Positions 14,101-25,700 of a stretch of 64,000 nt of DNA are shown here, piece after piece. The notes beneath the pieces are model-generated. The model was not told the DNA's origin. It saw only the letters and a list, made by a program, of their open reading frames with translations, and searched no databases. The first letter of the stretch is position 1. Each line of letters starts with the position of its first letter. Position numbers and translations under genes: made by a program. Origin of the DNA: Balanoglossus misakiensis (lineage: Eukaryota > Animalia > Hemichordata); NCBI GenBank assembly GCA_040954595.2, contig CM082581.2, positions 6,192,699-6,256,698 on the forward strand, in the 5' to 3' direction.

Positions 14101-17100
14101 TCTGTCTAAATTCGGCTTCTGCTGTGACAGATAGCCATTCATTCCCCCCGTGCGCTGAAGTCGTTATCGCGCTATGCAATAAGGCAGATTGGGGAGCCTC
14201 GTTAATAATTTGCCGGCTGGCATCATTCATCAACTACTTGAAACGTATACTTGGTCTCATCGGTTTGCGTCAGTCGTGTATTGAAGATGTCAATATCACT
14301 CAGAACACCTTTAATCAGCTGCGGCGCCGAAAAAGCACGTGTGATGTCTTTCCGACTCTTCGGCGGCTAGGAAAAAATCTAAATTTGAAAAAGAAATGCA
14401 TCTGCGAGAGTAAATTGTGAAATCAAGCGAAGAAAGCTAAAATGGCAGTTAAATCATAAATTCAAAGCGGCCCACGTTTAGTAGCTGCAAAGGGCGGGAC
14501 GCATAAAAAAACAAGTTGCATGTCGTAAAACGCGGTAATGGTTCCCGTCACCTCGAAATATTGACATATTTTAAGAAAAAGCCATTTTATGGCCCGCCTT
14601 AATGCGTGGCTGTTAAGTATTTGGTTAAAACGAGATATTCTCTTCAATATAAATACAGTCTATCTTTTTCAGCAATGGAAGGGGGGTGAGGATACATCAC
14701 ACAGCAATTGTGATAGATCAGAAAAGCATGATTCACATGCGATGGGCGTATTACGTGGGATTTTAGAGAACTGCGTTCCAAAAATATGCACATGTATGAG
14801 GATTTTATTCTGTGACTAGAATACGTACGTACGTGACGCATTAATTAAGTTTCGGTAGATAAACATGGCCTTAGTTATTTTTTTACTATCAAAGAGAAAT
14901 AAATCATAAAATGTCTGAATCTTCCGTGCTCCTGGCTTAAGTAATGAGGCTTAAAGATCGGCGTGCATATTTAGAAAACAAATGAAATTTAAAACAAACA
15001 CGTCAAAAAATGAACAGTTATTACCTGACGAGACGTCTTGTCATTTTAAAGCAGTTGACTGAAAGCCTTTCTAAAAAAAAAGTACCCCGAGGTTTCGTTT
15101 TATTCACCCTATTACTTTAGCAGTTCTGGTACACGTACTGTTTATGAGCAATATGAATTCCACAGAATTGAAACGTGTCTTGGATGCTGACGAGGTGTCT
15201 GCGGCATTGCATTCCAGACGCGTCTCGTGCGTGATACATATACATGTATTTTGTGGTTTTTGCACACTACAGCGAGACTGACTCGACGACGCCCCGTTCT
15301 GATCACGTGACTGTGCAGTTTTGTTGCGTTGTTAAAACGCTGTTGGGAAAAGTAATAGAACGTCGCAAAGGCCGGGGGAGCGACTGCCTTTCAAGTAAGG
15401 GTTGGCGACCGACCTGGCCGCTGTTGGGGTTGCAATTTACGGTGCTTTGGAATTGGCGCAATCCCCCAGGGGCGTCCTGTAGTCGTGTGTGAGTAGTGCG
15501 CATTACAGATTAAAATGCCCTAACCAAATTATGTCGTTTGGCCCGGAGAATGCCTGCGACTAAAACGCTAAGTCAATCTGTCTGCTCGAAGTGAATCGAA
15601 ATCACGTTTGCGTTAAGATTGGGTTGAATTGGTTTTTTTGTTCGTTAGCGATGGCGAGCGCGGAATATGAGGTCCTGCAGTATGCCCCTCTTTCCTGTAT
15701 TATTTGACACTGCGCACGCGTGTCTCGGTGAGCATTCTACAATACCGCATATCGGAAAGGATAACACATCTGCCAAATCTGATGACTCTGCAATATTTTG
15801 GACATCTGCTATGATTAGACTAACTGTTACCAATTAAGATCGAGTGTCCAGCTACTAGTATTTTAATGATTTATGATGCTGTTCAACAGTCGATCTGTAA
15901 ATACCCAGTGTTTTGTCCCGTGTTAATCGCGCTTCCAATTAATCCAGGTGCTTTTCGCCGTTCCCGCGCAGAAAGACCGCAAGCGTCGCTACCGACAACC
16001 AGCTGAGCATCATTAACCGACAGTATAACATCACTAATTCGCATGGCGTACTGCTTTCTTGTTCTCAACAAAGGAACCGCCTGAAATAGCTGTGTTTCCA
16101 TACACATAGCCCGGAGGTAAGATACGAACGCCTGTTCTTCGAAGAGACCGGAACCGGAACCTCCTGATCAGGAACTCTCTGAACAATCATGATGTGCTAA
16201 ACAATCACTACGGTTTATTTTGGTCTCCATTTAGACCCCCCTTCTTGTATGTATGAATGCATGCATGCATGCACGTATGTAATGTATGTATGCATATGAG
16301 TGCGTGCGTACAAATAATTGACATTCTCTCATTTTACCTACCTGACCCTTCTTTTCTTTTCGGGGTCGCACGTGCAAGGTGCCAAAAATTTGAATGTGGT
16401 CCAATTTCGGTGCAATAAAAGATTTGAAAAACTTCTGTGCAAGAAACATTACCAACAACCCAATTCATGTTGTGATATGTCAAATAAAGAAGCACCATTA
16501 TAAATTCGGAATAAGGTCCGTATCGAAAAAGCATGGAACAACTTTTGTGTGATTCGACAATCGCGTACTTTTTTTCGCGCATTGCCCAGAGCCGTATCGA
16601 ACTTTACACAAACTTAATATAACAAGGAAACGAGCTTTCTGCAATTTTTCGAAGGTTTCATATTTACATGTAAATTGGACGAATTTCCGCGTTGGGTGTT
16701 TTTCGCATCGATCGTCGAAACAGCAACACGACACCCCCGATACGTGAGTATAGCTCAATGGTGAGAATTGACACGGTAAACATTGCTCTCAAAAGTGCCA
16801 GTTCAATTTCTTTTCATACGTGCCTGCCGTGTCGTATTTTGATGGAGGGTATCCCGCCACTCTAATTAAATCAATAGGCCTTTCTATTTGCCTTGCTTTG
16901 TTGACTGTCTCCCGGTTAGCTAATGGACTGGCTTTAGCATAATGTCTATACGATGGAAATTTTAAATGATCAAATAAGTGTAATGGAACTGGCTGGGGAG
17001 GCTACGGGTACGGATCTGAGACGAGTGCACCCAGCTCCAGGGTCTTTGACATGAATTCGATCTGACGGCATCGTTGAAAGCGATGGCAAGCTGTAGCCAG

Positions 17101-17102
17101 GG

Positions 17103-17248
17103 TAGCCTAGTATATCTATGCGTATTTTGTCCGCTTTGCTTCCAAAACTTTCTACCATCTCTGTTGATTGGAATGAACGAAGGGCTTCCAAACCTAGTTT
17201 TGGGAGCAAAGCGGACAAAATACGCATAGATACAAATGTACTAGGCTA
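17103..17248. mobile_element. Short palindromic MITE with apparent 9-bp target-site duplication
   Basis: Termini TAGCCTAGTA / TACTAGGCTA. Internal 36-bp inverted repeat (17114-17149 vs 17196-17231, one mismatch). TAGCCAGGG directly flanks both ends (17094-17102, 17249-17257). Confidence 0.7.
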
Positions 17249-17277
17249 TAGCCAGGGTAAGATCGATGTGGGTGGGT

Positions 17278-17317
17278 TGGTGGGTGGTGGTGGTGGTTGT
17301 GGTGGTGGTGGTGGTGG
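17278..17317. repeat. (GGT)n microsatellite, imperfect
   Basis: Run of ggtggtggt seen directly. Confidence 0.8.
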
Positions 17318-20308
17318 CTAGCTGGCCGTATGGTCAATTAAAGTGTTCGCCATTTTCGACAATTCCCTTTATATACGACAGTTTCCCATTTACGGTAAAG
17401 ATAAAAACAGAGACGTGAGTGGTGTTCGTCTTTAGACTATTACTTCAAACCACATAATGGGTTGTATTAGAGAGGCTATATAAATCTAATGTCATGCAAT
17501 ATTATTTATTTAATAAATTAAATGTCTTCTGGTCGAACCTTAACAGGCAATAGTTTCCGCTTGCATAATCTTTAATAGACTATATTAATTATTCAAGCAA
17601 ACAGATAAAACTTCATTGTTTTTACATTTATATATATGCTCTACTCTTTCTGTTTCACACACACATACTCTACGTTTTTAACGCATCCTGCTTAATATAC
17701 GTTTTACGCCTTTTGTTTCATAAAGTCTGAAGCATTTCCCTCCGTTTCTGGATATAGCCGACGCCGCGTTCATTTTCTGTGGCTGATGCATTGTGATTGC
17801 TGCTCTTAACTGCATCGGCCTTGTACCTAATTTTTTTGTGGTCAGCTGCAATCAGGCTTTTCCTGTGGGACGAGAAATGAATCGAATAACGGTTTAAAGA
17901 CCAGGGGACCCTTCAGAGAGAAAAGGGAGTCGTCATTTCCATTAATCAACACGCGTTCCTTTAATTGGAGCTGACGCAACGCAGGAAAGGGGACTCTGGT
18001 CGCCATAGAAACGATCACAAACGTCCGCGCCGATTTCTTTGGGGGAATGGACAAGTTAACAACGTAATTTATCAGCGCTGAAAGAAAAGCACCCACTAAA
18101 TTAGTTTATAGATGTGAGGTCGGCACGAAAGTTTGAACTCTAAGGAGGCCCGCGCTCGCTCCTTGAAGCGGCTGTGATGCAGATATAACCAGAGAGAGAA
18201 GAATCTCCCGCAGAAACACAAGCGGTCGTCGAAAGAGACCTTAGTTCAGTAACCTAATTATTATATTTTCATATCTTTTTTTACAAAGTGTCGGTTCTTT
18301 GGAATGTTATACAAGAACACTCGGTTAATGTTTGAAATCAGTCAGACTCTAACAGGGTTTTCGATTCCCCTTCGTGTCCCGTTCCTTTGGAGATCATTAA
18401 TAATTAATAAGTGATTGGATTGGGGGAACCGCGCGTGGACTATATGCCGCCAATTTAAAAGGGCTTATCGAATTTGGTGCATGGAAAGAGATTTATAGTC
18501 CTCTAAGCTCCGCAAAGAATCAATCGTCGCGGACATTTCGTTTGCAAGTTTACTAAATTATTGAACTGTAATATACTCTTTACTCTTCTACCGCAATGAC
18601 CTCCCGTAGGGGCTTTCTTGGCGGCATGATCGCGTATCCCTTGATATGCGCTAAAACCCTGTTCGTATTACCTGTGCGGTATGAAAATGACACAAGCAAG
18701 CTTTTCCTCAGAATCTACATGTTATTATCCGATGTTGACGCCGCGTGAAATTGACAACCCCAATGCATATATATAATTACTTGAAATTGACATGCAAATT
18801 GGCGCTGACAATAGTGGCATTTACATGTATCCTTCGGATAAATATACATGTTTCAGGGCATGGAATGTGGAATGTAACAGGTGCGCGTGCGTGCGCCGCC
18901 GGTTGGAAAATGTCGTATATACGTCACAGATCAGACTGCTAGTCATAATTTTTGTAGATTTTTTTCCGATTTAGCAGACCTCAGTGACGGTCGCAGCGTC
19001 ATTGCGCGGTTGCCATCGGTGGCGTGTCTATCGAACCTCGTCCGGCAAATTCTGTGTCCTGGAGCGGCTGTGCGTTGCCCGTGAGGTAAGGCTTTGAGCA
19101 ACGATGCTATTGGAAGTGTATGTTCTTTCGCAGTTTATCTGGATGGACAGGTTTGTTTACATGCAACGCAATTTGTAGACGCCGCGACTAATATCTCCCT
19201 TGTAGCCCATGATTCCAAAGATCAATTTCTCATATGTTCAAAAATTTACGCGCTGTAGCTGATTTTTTTATCTGTGTCATCAGATATACTATTCCTCTGA
19301 AAATAACTTCCCATCGCCTTCAAAGTTAGTACATGTACATGTATTCATTTTGTAAACGATAACGACCCTTTTCAATCGGTTCCGTCATTGTAGATTTCAT
19401 TTTTAACGTATTTCCTAACCCTCCAACATGAATAGGATACATGTAAGAAAATTCATGTCTGTATCCAAAAGATAATTTTAATGTGGGTTGCGGTATATTT
19501 TCTAAACAACAACCGCCTGGACGTGCCGATGGGTTGCGATGTCAATTTTAATAGCAGACTCGCGGTTGTTGTGCGTGTCGAGGAATATGATGTATGATAC
19601 ATAATCCCTCCTTCATCTTCACGGATGATGAAAAGTCCACAAGCGTACGATACTTAAGTATCACATTAATGCGTTCGAGATGCCATTTAACGGTATGCAA
19701 GAACAGAGATGTGTTTTTTCCAACGTCGCGTCGTCATTTTTGTCTACTCTGGGAGACGCGTTATTTATACAATGCTCCGTCGTTGGTCATCAGTGAAGTT
19801 GTTTTGCTTGTCTATTGCACATCAAAAGATTCAAAACACCATTGATTTCCAGTCGAGTAGTCATTATCTAGAGCTTGAACAGTTTAAACTGTTCCGCTTT
19901 TTGTCGTGAATTCTCTCACCCCTTCCGATGCAAACGATACCGTTTCTCTGTCGATCGCTGCGTGTCAAAAACGACACGTTTTCCGCCATAAACAGGAATA
20001 CCTCATAAAAAGGGCTTACTGATTGATGGGAGCTGTTCTCGACCTTCTGCTAATTTACCTCTCTGCTTGAACACATTTTCTGAACCACTGACTCCGAAGC
20101 TCGTCCATCTATCGGGATATATTTTAACGGTTACACCCAACGAGTCAATTACGGCAGAGTATACAGTGATACTAGTGTAAGCGTAAATGCGCTTATTTGC
20201 GCAGTGTTTTGTTTGCTAAGTCGTCTTTAGCCGCCTGTCGCTTGATGGAGTTCAACCCGAAGCGGGTTTCTATCTACGGCTACTGCCAGTACTGTTCTAC
20301 AAGTGTGT

Positions 20309-20309
20309 C

Positions 20310-20350
<41 letters not shown>

Positions 20351-20780
20351 AAGTGCGTATGTATGTATGTATGTACACTGTATGTATGTATGTATGTATG
20401 TATGTATGTATGTATGTATGTATGTATGTATGTATGTATGTATGTATGTATGTATGTATGTATGTATGTATGTATGTATGTATGTATGTATGTATGTATG
20501 TATGTATGTATGTATGTATGTATGTATGTATGTATGTATGTATGTATGTATGTATGTATGTATGTATGTATGTATGTATGTATGTACGTATGTATGTATG
20601 TATGTACATGTATGTATGTATGTATGTACGTATGTATGTATGTATGTATGTATGTATGTATGTATGTATGTATGTATGTATGTATGTATGTATGTATGTA
20701 TGTACGTATGTATGTATGTATGTACATGTATGTATGTATGTATGTATGTATGTACGTATGTATGTATGTATGTATGTATG
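20309..20780. repeat. Compound microsatellite: (TCTG)n followed by a long (TATG)n
   Basis: About 40 bp of TCTG, then about 420 bp of TATG with occasional TACG/TACATG variants. Explains the YIHT/CMYV ORFs. Confidence 0.97.
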
Positions 20781-21852
20781 TCCTTGTCCTTGACGAAATT
20801 GTTTGATGTGAATATTTATTTTCGAATTATGAAGTATATTGTTCGATACAACACTTAACAGTTTTTGTTCTCGCATCGATTTAAACATTATGCGATAGCA
20901 GCTAACAATAACAACTTAGAGTCACATAATCGATGCCAATTGAAGCGCCGATCAAAATTATGAATTTCTTTCGTGAAATTACGCGACAGTGGACACGGAG
21001 GCGTCATTTAATAAAACGAGCTGAAAATAACCGTGCAATTGTTTTTTTTTCCTCTTGTAGCGAATGAAGATTGAAGGAACACAGGATGTACAACACCTTC
21101 AGATTCCGGGAAGTCACAGTGTCGTATAATTGCGTGGAAAATACTGTTGGAATAAATGAAGCTTAATGGACCCAGGATCCCATTAATCTTTTCTCCATGT
21201 CTGCGACACCTGAGTTTTCCCACGAGGAGTCGTCTGGTTTATTGCAGCAGCCGTGGGCCGCATCGTCGAGACCTCCGCGTAGGTAGCGCGTTCTCTTCGC
21301 CCTCTTTCCGAGAAGCGACGACGACGTATTAGGCCCCACACATCGACGCTGATATACGCGGGGAAGTTCCAGCCCAAGGCCGACTGTTCGTTTAATCAGT
21401 CTTCACTCCAAACAACACACTTCAAGGTCTACGTGGGCTGATTCGTCAAGCAACCCGAGGGGAAGTGCTATTTTGTTCTCTTGTGTGTGACTACTCACAC
21501 GGCTGGTGGTGGTAGAGTTGATTAGCATTCAGCCGGCGTTCGCCGACAGGAGCCCGCTTCCGGCAACCTGTCAGCGCCGCTACGCTGCTCATGTCCTCAA
21601 GGGCCGTGATTTAGAGTTAAAAAGAAATCACTATACCAGAGCAGAGGCTGTAATGCATCGCCTAGCAACAGTCACTACGCCAGCCGAGTCCGTTAATTCT
21701 CGTTTACTTTGATAGGTACGGCACAAAGCGACGCAGTACTATACTGCGCAGTCATTTGGTAGCCAGTATTACGGAACTGATTTGCAATATTAGACTTGAA
21801 TTTATAGTCTCGTCCGAACGTTTATTAATAATCTAAACATTGGCGGTACAAG

Positions 21853-22719
21853 ATGGCGGACTCGGACAGCGCCAAAAGCTCCTACGAGGAGGCCCAGTCC
21901 AAAGTCATCAACTCAGGTGGTCACGTAAGTACAGACTCGTTCAACAAAGCATGGGAAAGAGTATACGGCAACAAGCAGTACAAGCCGTCTTGGGTCGGGG
22001 TCGGCAGCCCCGGACGGCTACCGCCGCCGAAAGCGCTGAACAGGCCCGTGCCGAAAAAGAAAGAGATTGATGGCACGGCCAAGCAAATAACCAGCCTAGA
22101 ACAGGAATCGAAGAGGCGACAGCGCAAAAAGAGCACAGATGAAGGGACGACGATACCGCCGCCATTGCAAGTACCGGCGACCGACAAGCCGAAATCCCGC
22201 AAAAGCGAGCCGGAGGTACTGAAAATCGACGGGAAGGAACTGCCGAAAGAACCCGAGTTGGAGCAGTGGAAGAAACAGATCGAGACCGACGAAATCGGAG
22301 CGGACGGCAGGCCGGTCTACAACAAAGTCGTCAAAGGGTCGAACATTCCCGCGTGGATGAAGGGCAATAATTACTGGGAGGCGAGCAGCGTGCCGGGGAA
22401 ACAGCCCACGGCGGCGTCTGTCAAGGACTCGGGGAAGAAGAAGAAAACGCCGAGGCAGGTACACACCGCCGACTACGACATCCGGGTCTACGAGAACAAA
22501 GTCAAGAGGGAAAATTTGAAAATCGGCGAACGCGACGTCCCCAAGGAGAAGGAACTGAAGCCGTGGACCGACGAGATCGAGATCCCGGAGCAGCTGGACG
22601 GAAGTCTCGAAGCCGAACGAGACGACGGCCATTTGTCCGAGAAGCGGAAAAACTGGAACAGGGTTCTCCACTCGGCGGACGTGCCAGGGTTCTTCTCGAA
22701 CAACAACTACTGGGACTAA
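21853..22719 (+). CDS. Uncharacterised 288-aa Lys/Glu/Pro-rich protein with an internal duplication; single coding exon
   Basis: 867-nt ORF with GC-rich third positions in an AT-rich background, strong start context (CAAGATGGCGG) and protein-like composition. Two related LKI..PKE.EL..W...IE / NNYW modules. No family recognised. Confidence 0.8.
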   Translation: MADSDSAKSSYEEAQSKVINSGGHVSTDSFNKAWERVYGNKQYKPSWVGVGSPGRLPPPKALNRPVPKKKEIDGTAKQITSLEQESKRRQRKKSTDEGTTIPPPLQVPATDKPKSRKSEPEVLKIDGKELPKEPELEQWKKQIETDEIGADGRPVYNKVVKGSNIPAWMKGNNYWEASSVPGKQPTAASVKDSGKKKKTPRQVHTADYDIRVYENKVKRENLKIGERDVPKEKELKPWTDEIEIPEQLDGSLEAERDDGHLSEKRKNWNRVLHSADVPGFFSNNNYWD

Positions 22720-25700
22720 ACTCTCTGAGTTGTAAATCGCACAGAGCCGCGGGTTTAGATGTGAAGTGCAAAACATGTTAAGTATCTACAGACGCGATCC
22801 TTTCTTGTGGCACTTGATGACTAATCGGACGAGAAGTCAACGTACCCCGGCGATGCTGGGTACACATATACTGTCGGTCAATGATTTAAAACTCGACTCG
22901 CCGGATTGCCGTCACTTCCGACCTGACGTCACTTCCATTTACAACATGCATACTTGACCACAAACGACCGACGCAGCAATGATGTGCGACACAAACCGAA
23001 TACCCAGCCAGAAAAGGGGATTTAGAAATAATGTGAGATCTTCCGTCCATCTCGCTTTGTCTTCTCTGCTACTTCAAGCTATATCGGCTTGGTTGGAGAA
23101 GTCGAAACAAAACACTTCAAGTTCTACGCTCTCTGTAATAGCAAAACGGAGTTGAAACAAACAAACATATGAACAGTCAGATGTAGAGTGTCGCCATTTC
23201 CTTCCATAGAAAAACAGAATCATAAATTCAGAAATGAAGTGTTTTCAGAATTTGCCAAATAAGCCACAGATATAGGTGGCACAAAATGAAACATTTAACG
23301 CACTAGAGTATACTAGTACATTGAATTGTCTGCTTGAAGTTTATTTCCAGAAGCTTCATATTTCTGGAAATCACGTCTCACGTGATGCCAGTTTAGTAAT
23401 TTTAATAACAAAGGACATTGTCACTTGCGAATTCTTCCGTCTAGTCTTATCCGTTAATTTGGTTTTAGTGTCAGAGACACCTGTTTCTTTGGAATCCGTA
23501 CAACAAAACTGAAACCTTCTGCATTTGCCTTTTATGCAGGAATCATGAAGACAGACCTAATTCTTGCCGAAGTAAGCATCTCTAGGTCGCAATAACTTCA
23601 GTTAAAATCAATTAAGACTTTATATACATAAGTTAGATCTTTATAGAGTGTATAATTTCTGGCGCGAAGCACGTCACCTTGTCGCCCATTTGGCAGGCTC
23701 ACATACACTGTGTATTAAATACAGAGCTTTCATCAGAGAAATGCTGAATCAATAAGCTAATTACAGTGTATTTGAGATAATTACATGTAATTGTCACGCT
23801 AAAGGCGCTGATCAAATATGGCGAGAATTCATCCTAATATGGTCGCACAGTCATGACTGCTGTTAGTAAGACCACTACGGAGACGTGCATTATTGGTGTA
23901 TTTTTGGCCAACGGCGACATTTTAGACACTTTCCTTGGGTTCACTTTGGTACGTTGCCATTTATTGCCATCGCAATGAAAAATGTAACCGCAGACTAGAA
24001 ATAGAGAAGCGTGGCGTGATTTCGCTGTTGGACACCGTCGACTCGACGTCTGAACCTGCCCACAATCAAATGGCAGTTCAAATACACGCGAGATTTAGGA
24101 GTCAAATTAAGCAGCTGGCTGCATTTAAAGCAAAATAGCGCATGAGTATTTCAACATTTTTCATTTTTTGCTTTAACGAACACAAGGCATATAAGAAACG
24201 TGATTAGAAATCGACTGGAACTATTTGGGGAGGGGACAATTGGATATTGTAGACATGTGACAATATATATTATACTAATTACTGACCAGTTTTTTCAAAG
24301 ACTGATTTTTGCCTGGTCACGTGAAAAGAAGTTTACAAAATTATTTGGGGGAGGGCAAGCTGCTTCCGAAAGTGTAACGTGGAAAGAACGTGGAAAATCC
24401 GACGGACTCCGTTAGTCTCGATCAACCATTTGTATAATACAAATGGTTTGTAAATGAAACATCTAAGAACAACCACTCTTGAAAAGGTGGTATCATGGTT
24501 TGTCAACATTTCAACAATATCCAATTATCTCACCGTGACAGTGGTTGTAATGTTTTAGGCGAATGCCTATGTTAGTCCGTGCAATATTTCCTCAAGAACG
24601 AAATAAAATTTTATTACAATACTACTCTGCATTTTGCCATTCTCAGTTTGTATACTCCAAAAAATTCACCCATTCTTAGGGTTTACTTGTCAAAATTGGG
24701 CAATGTCTTCAGAACATACGGTGTGTTTTTTTTCGCGTGGCCACTCACTAAACATCTGTGATTGGCTGGATCTCAACTTTCCATGGTAACTTTGGCTAAA
24801 CAAATTTACATAAGTGACCGCGTTTACTGTCTGTATATAACTGTTTCCGCACACAAAGATGTACAGTGTGGCGGTTGAGAATGTTAAATCCAGACATGCA
24901 TACGACTCGCGGTACGGTTTCAAAGAAGGCGTCTATTTTTATCACCCTGACATAGTGAAACATCAAATTCCCGCTAATGTTGAAGTCAAATGTAAAATAT
25001 ATGAAGGGAAGAAGTTTATGATGGGAGTAACTGCACACAAGAGAAATCCCAACCATCAATCTTTACTATCGTACGCGGCCGTGATATCACATTTTAGCGC
25101 AGTCCTTAATAATGCGTAAATTTGAGTATTGCAATGTTGCCGGTAGTCTCCCAGTGGTCATAAACTTTGATATAAATCGACTCTTCTGCTCCTTGTAAAC
25201 ATCCTCTCCTGTCATGATTTCCAAGAAAAGATTCGGCGCAGAGCCCTGGGAGTGTATTTTACACTTGCCAGACATACTACTCGCGGCGGCGTCGCTCGAC
25301 AACAATTCTCTGCCGGCTCCGTCTGGCTCGGTCGGAAGCCGCGGCAAACTTTTCAAGACTCCAGGTGTATCATGCTCACTGGCGCTAAAACATCGCGACG
25401 GCGCATCTCTGCAGAATATTTCATCAACGAGATTCGTGGTGATCGACGAATCTCTTCTTCTTGTTTTCAATATTGAGGACTCAAGTCTCCCCTCCCCCCT
25501 CCCCCAAGTAATCAAAATAAATGTCTGTGTATCTATCCACCTTCATCTTGTCCAGACTCTAAACTACACTCGACCGATTGCGCTGTTTAAAACAATCGCC
25601 TAGGGGAAAAGGTGCACAAGGAAATTTAGATTCTACCAGCCTTGAGCACCGCCGGGGACGCGTTTATTAAAAAATACTGGAAGCAGAGTCGATACTTCCA

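Noticed and set aside
16748-16770. tRNA A-box-like TAGCTCAATGGTGAGA
   Set aside because: No B-box (GTTCRA) and no cloverleaf follow.
18861-18885. TGGAATGTAA, similar to the 5' end of miR-1
   Set aside because: The 3' part does not match and no precursor hairpin is evident.
20227-20888. ORFs of 146-202 aa (YIHT / CMYV repeats)
   Set aside because: They are translations of the (TATG)n microsatellite, which lacks stops in these frames.
21921-22781. Antisense and alternative-frame ORFs up to 226 aa
   Set aside because: Shadows of the GC-rich 288-aa coding sequence.
24796-25603. Overlapping ORFs of 74-142 aa on both strands
   Set aside because: No recognisable motif, mostly non-ATG starts, and no consistent exon chain.
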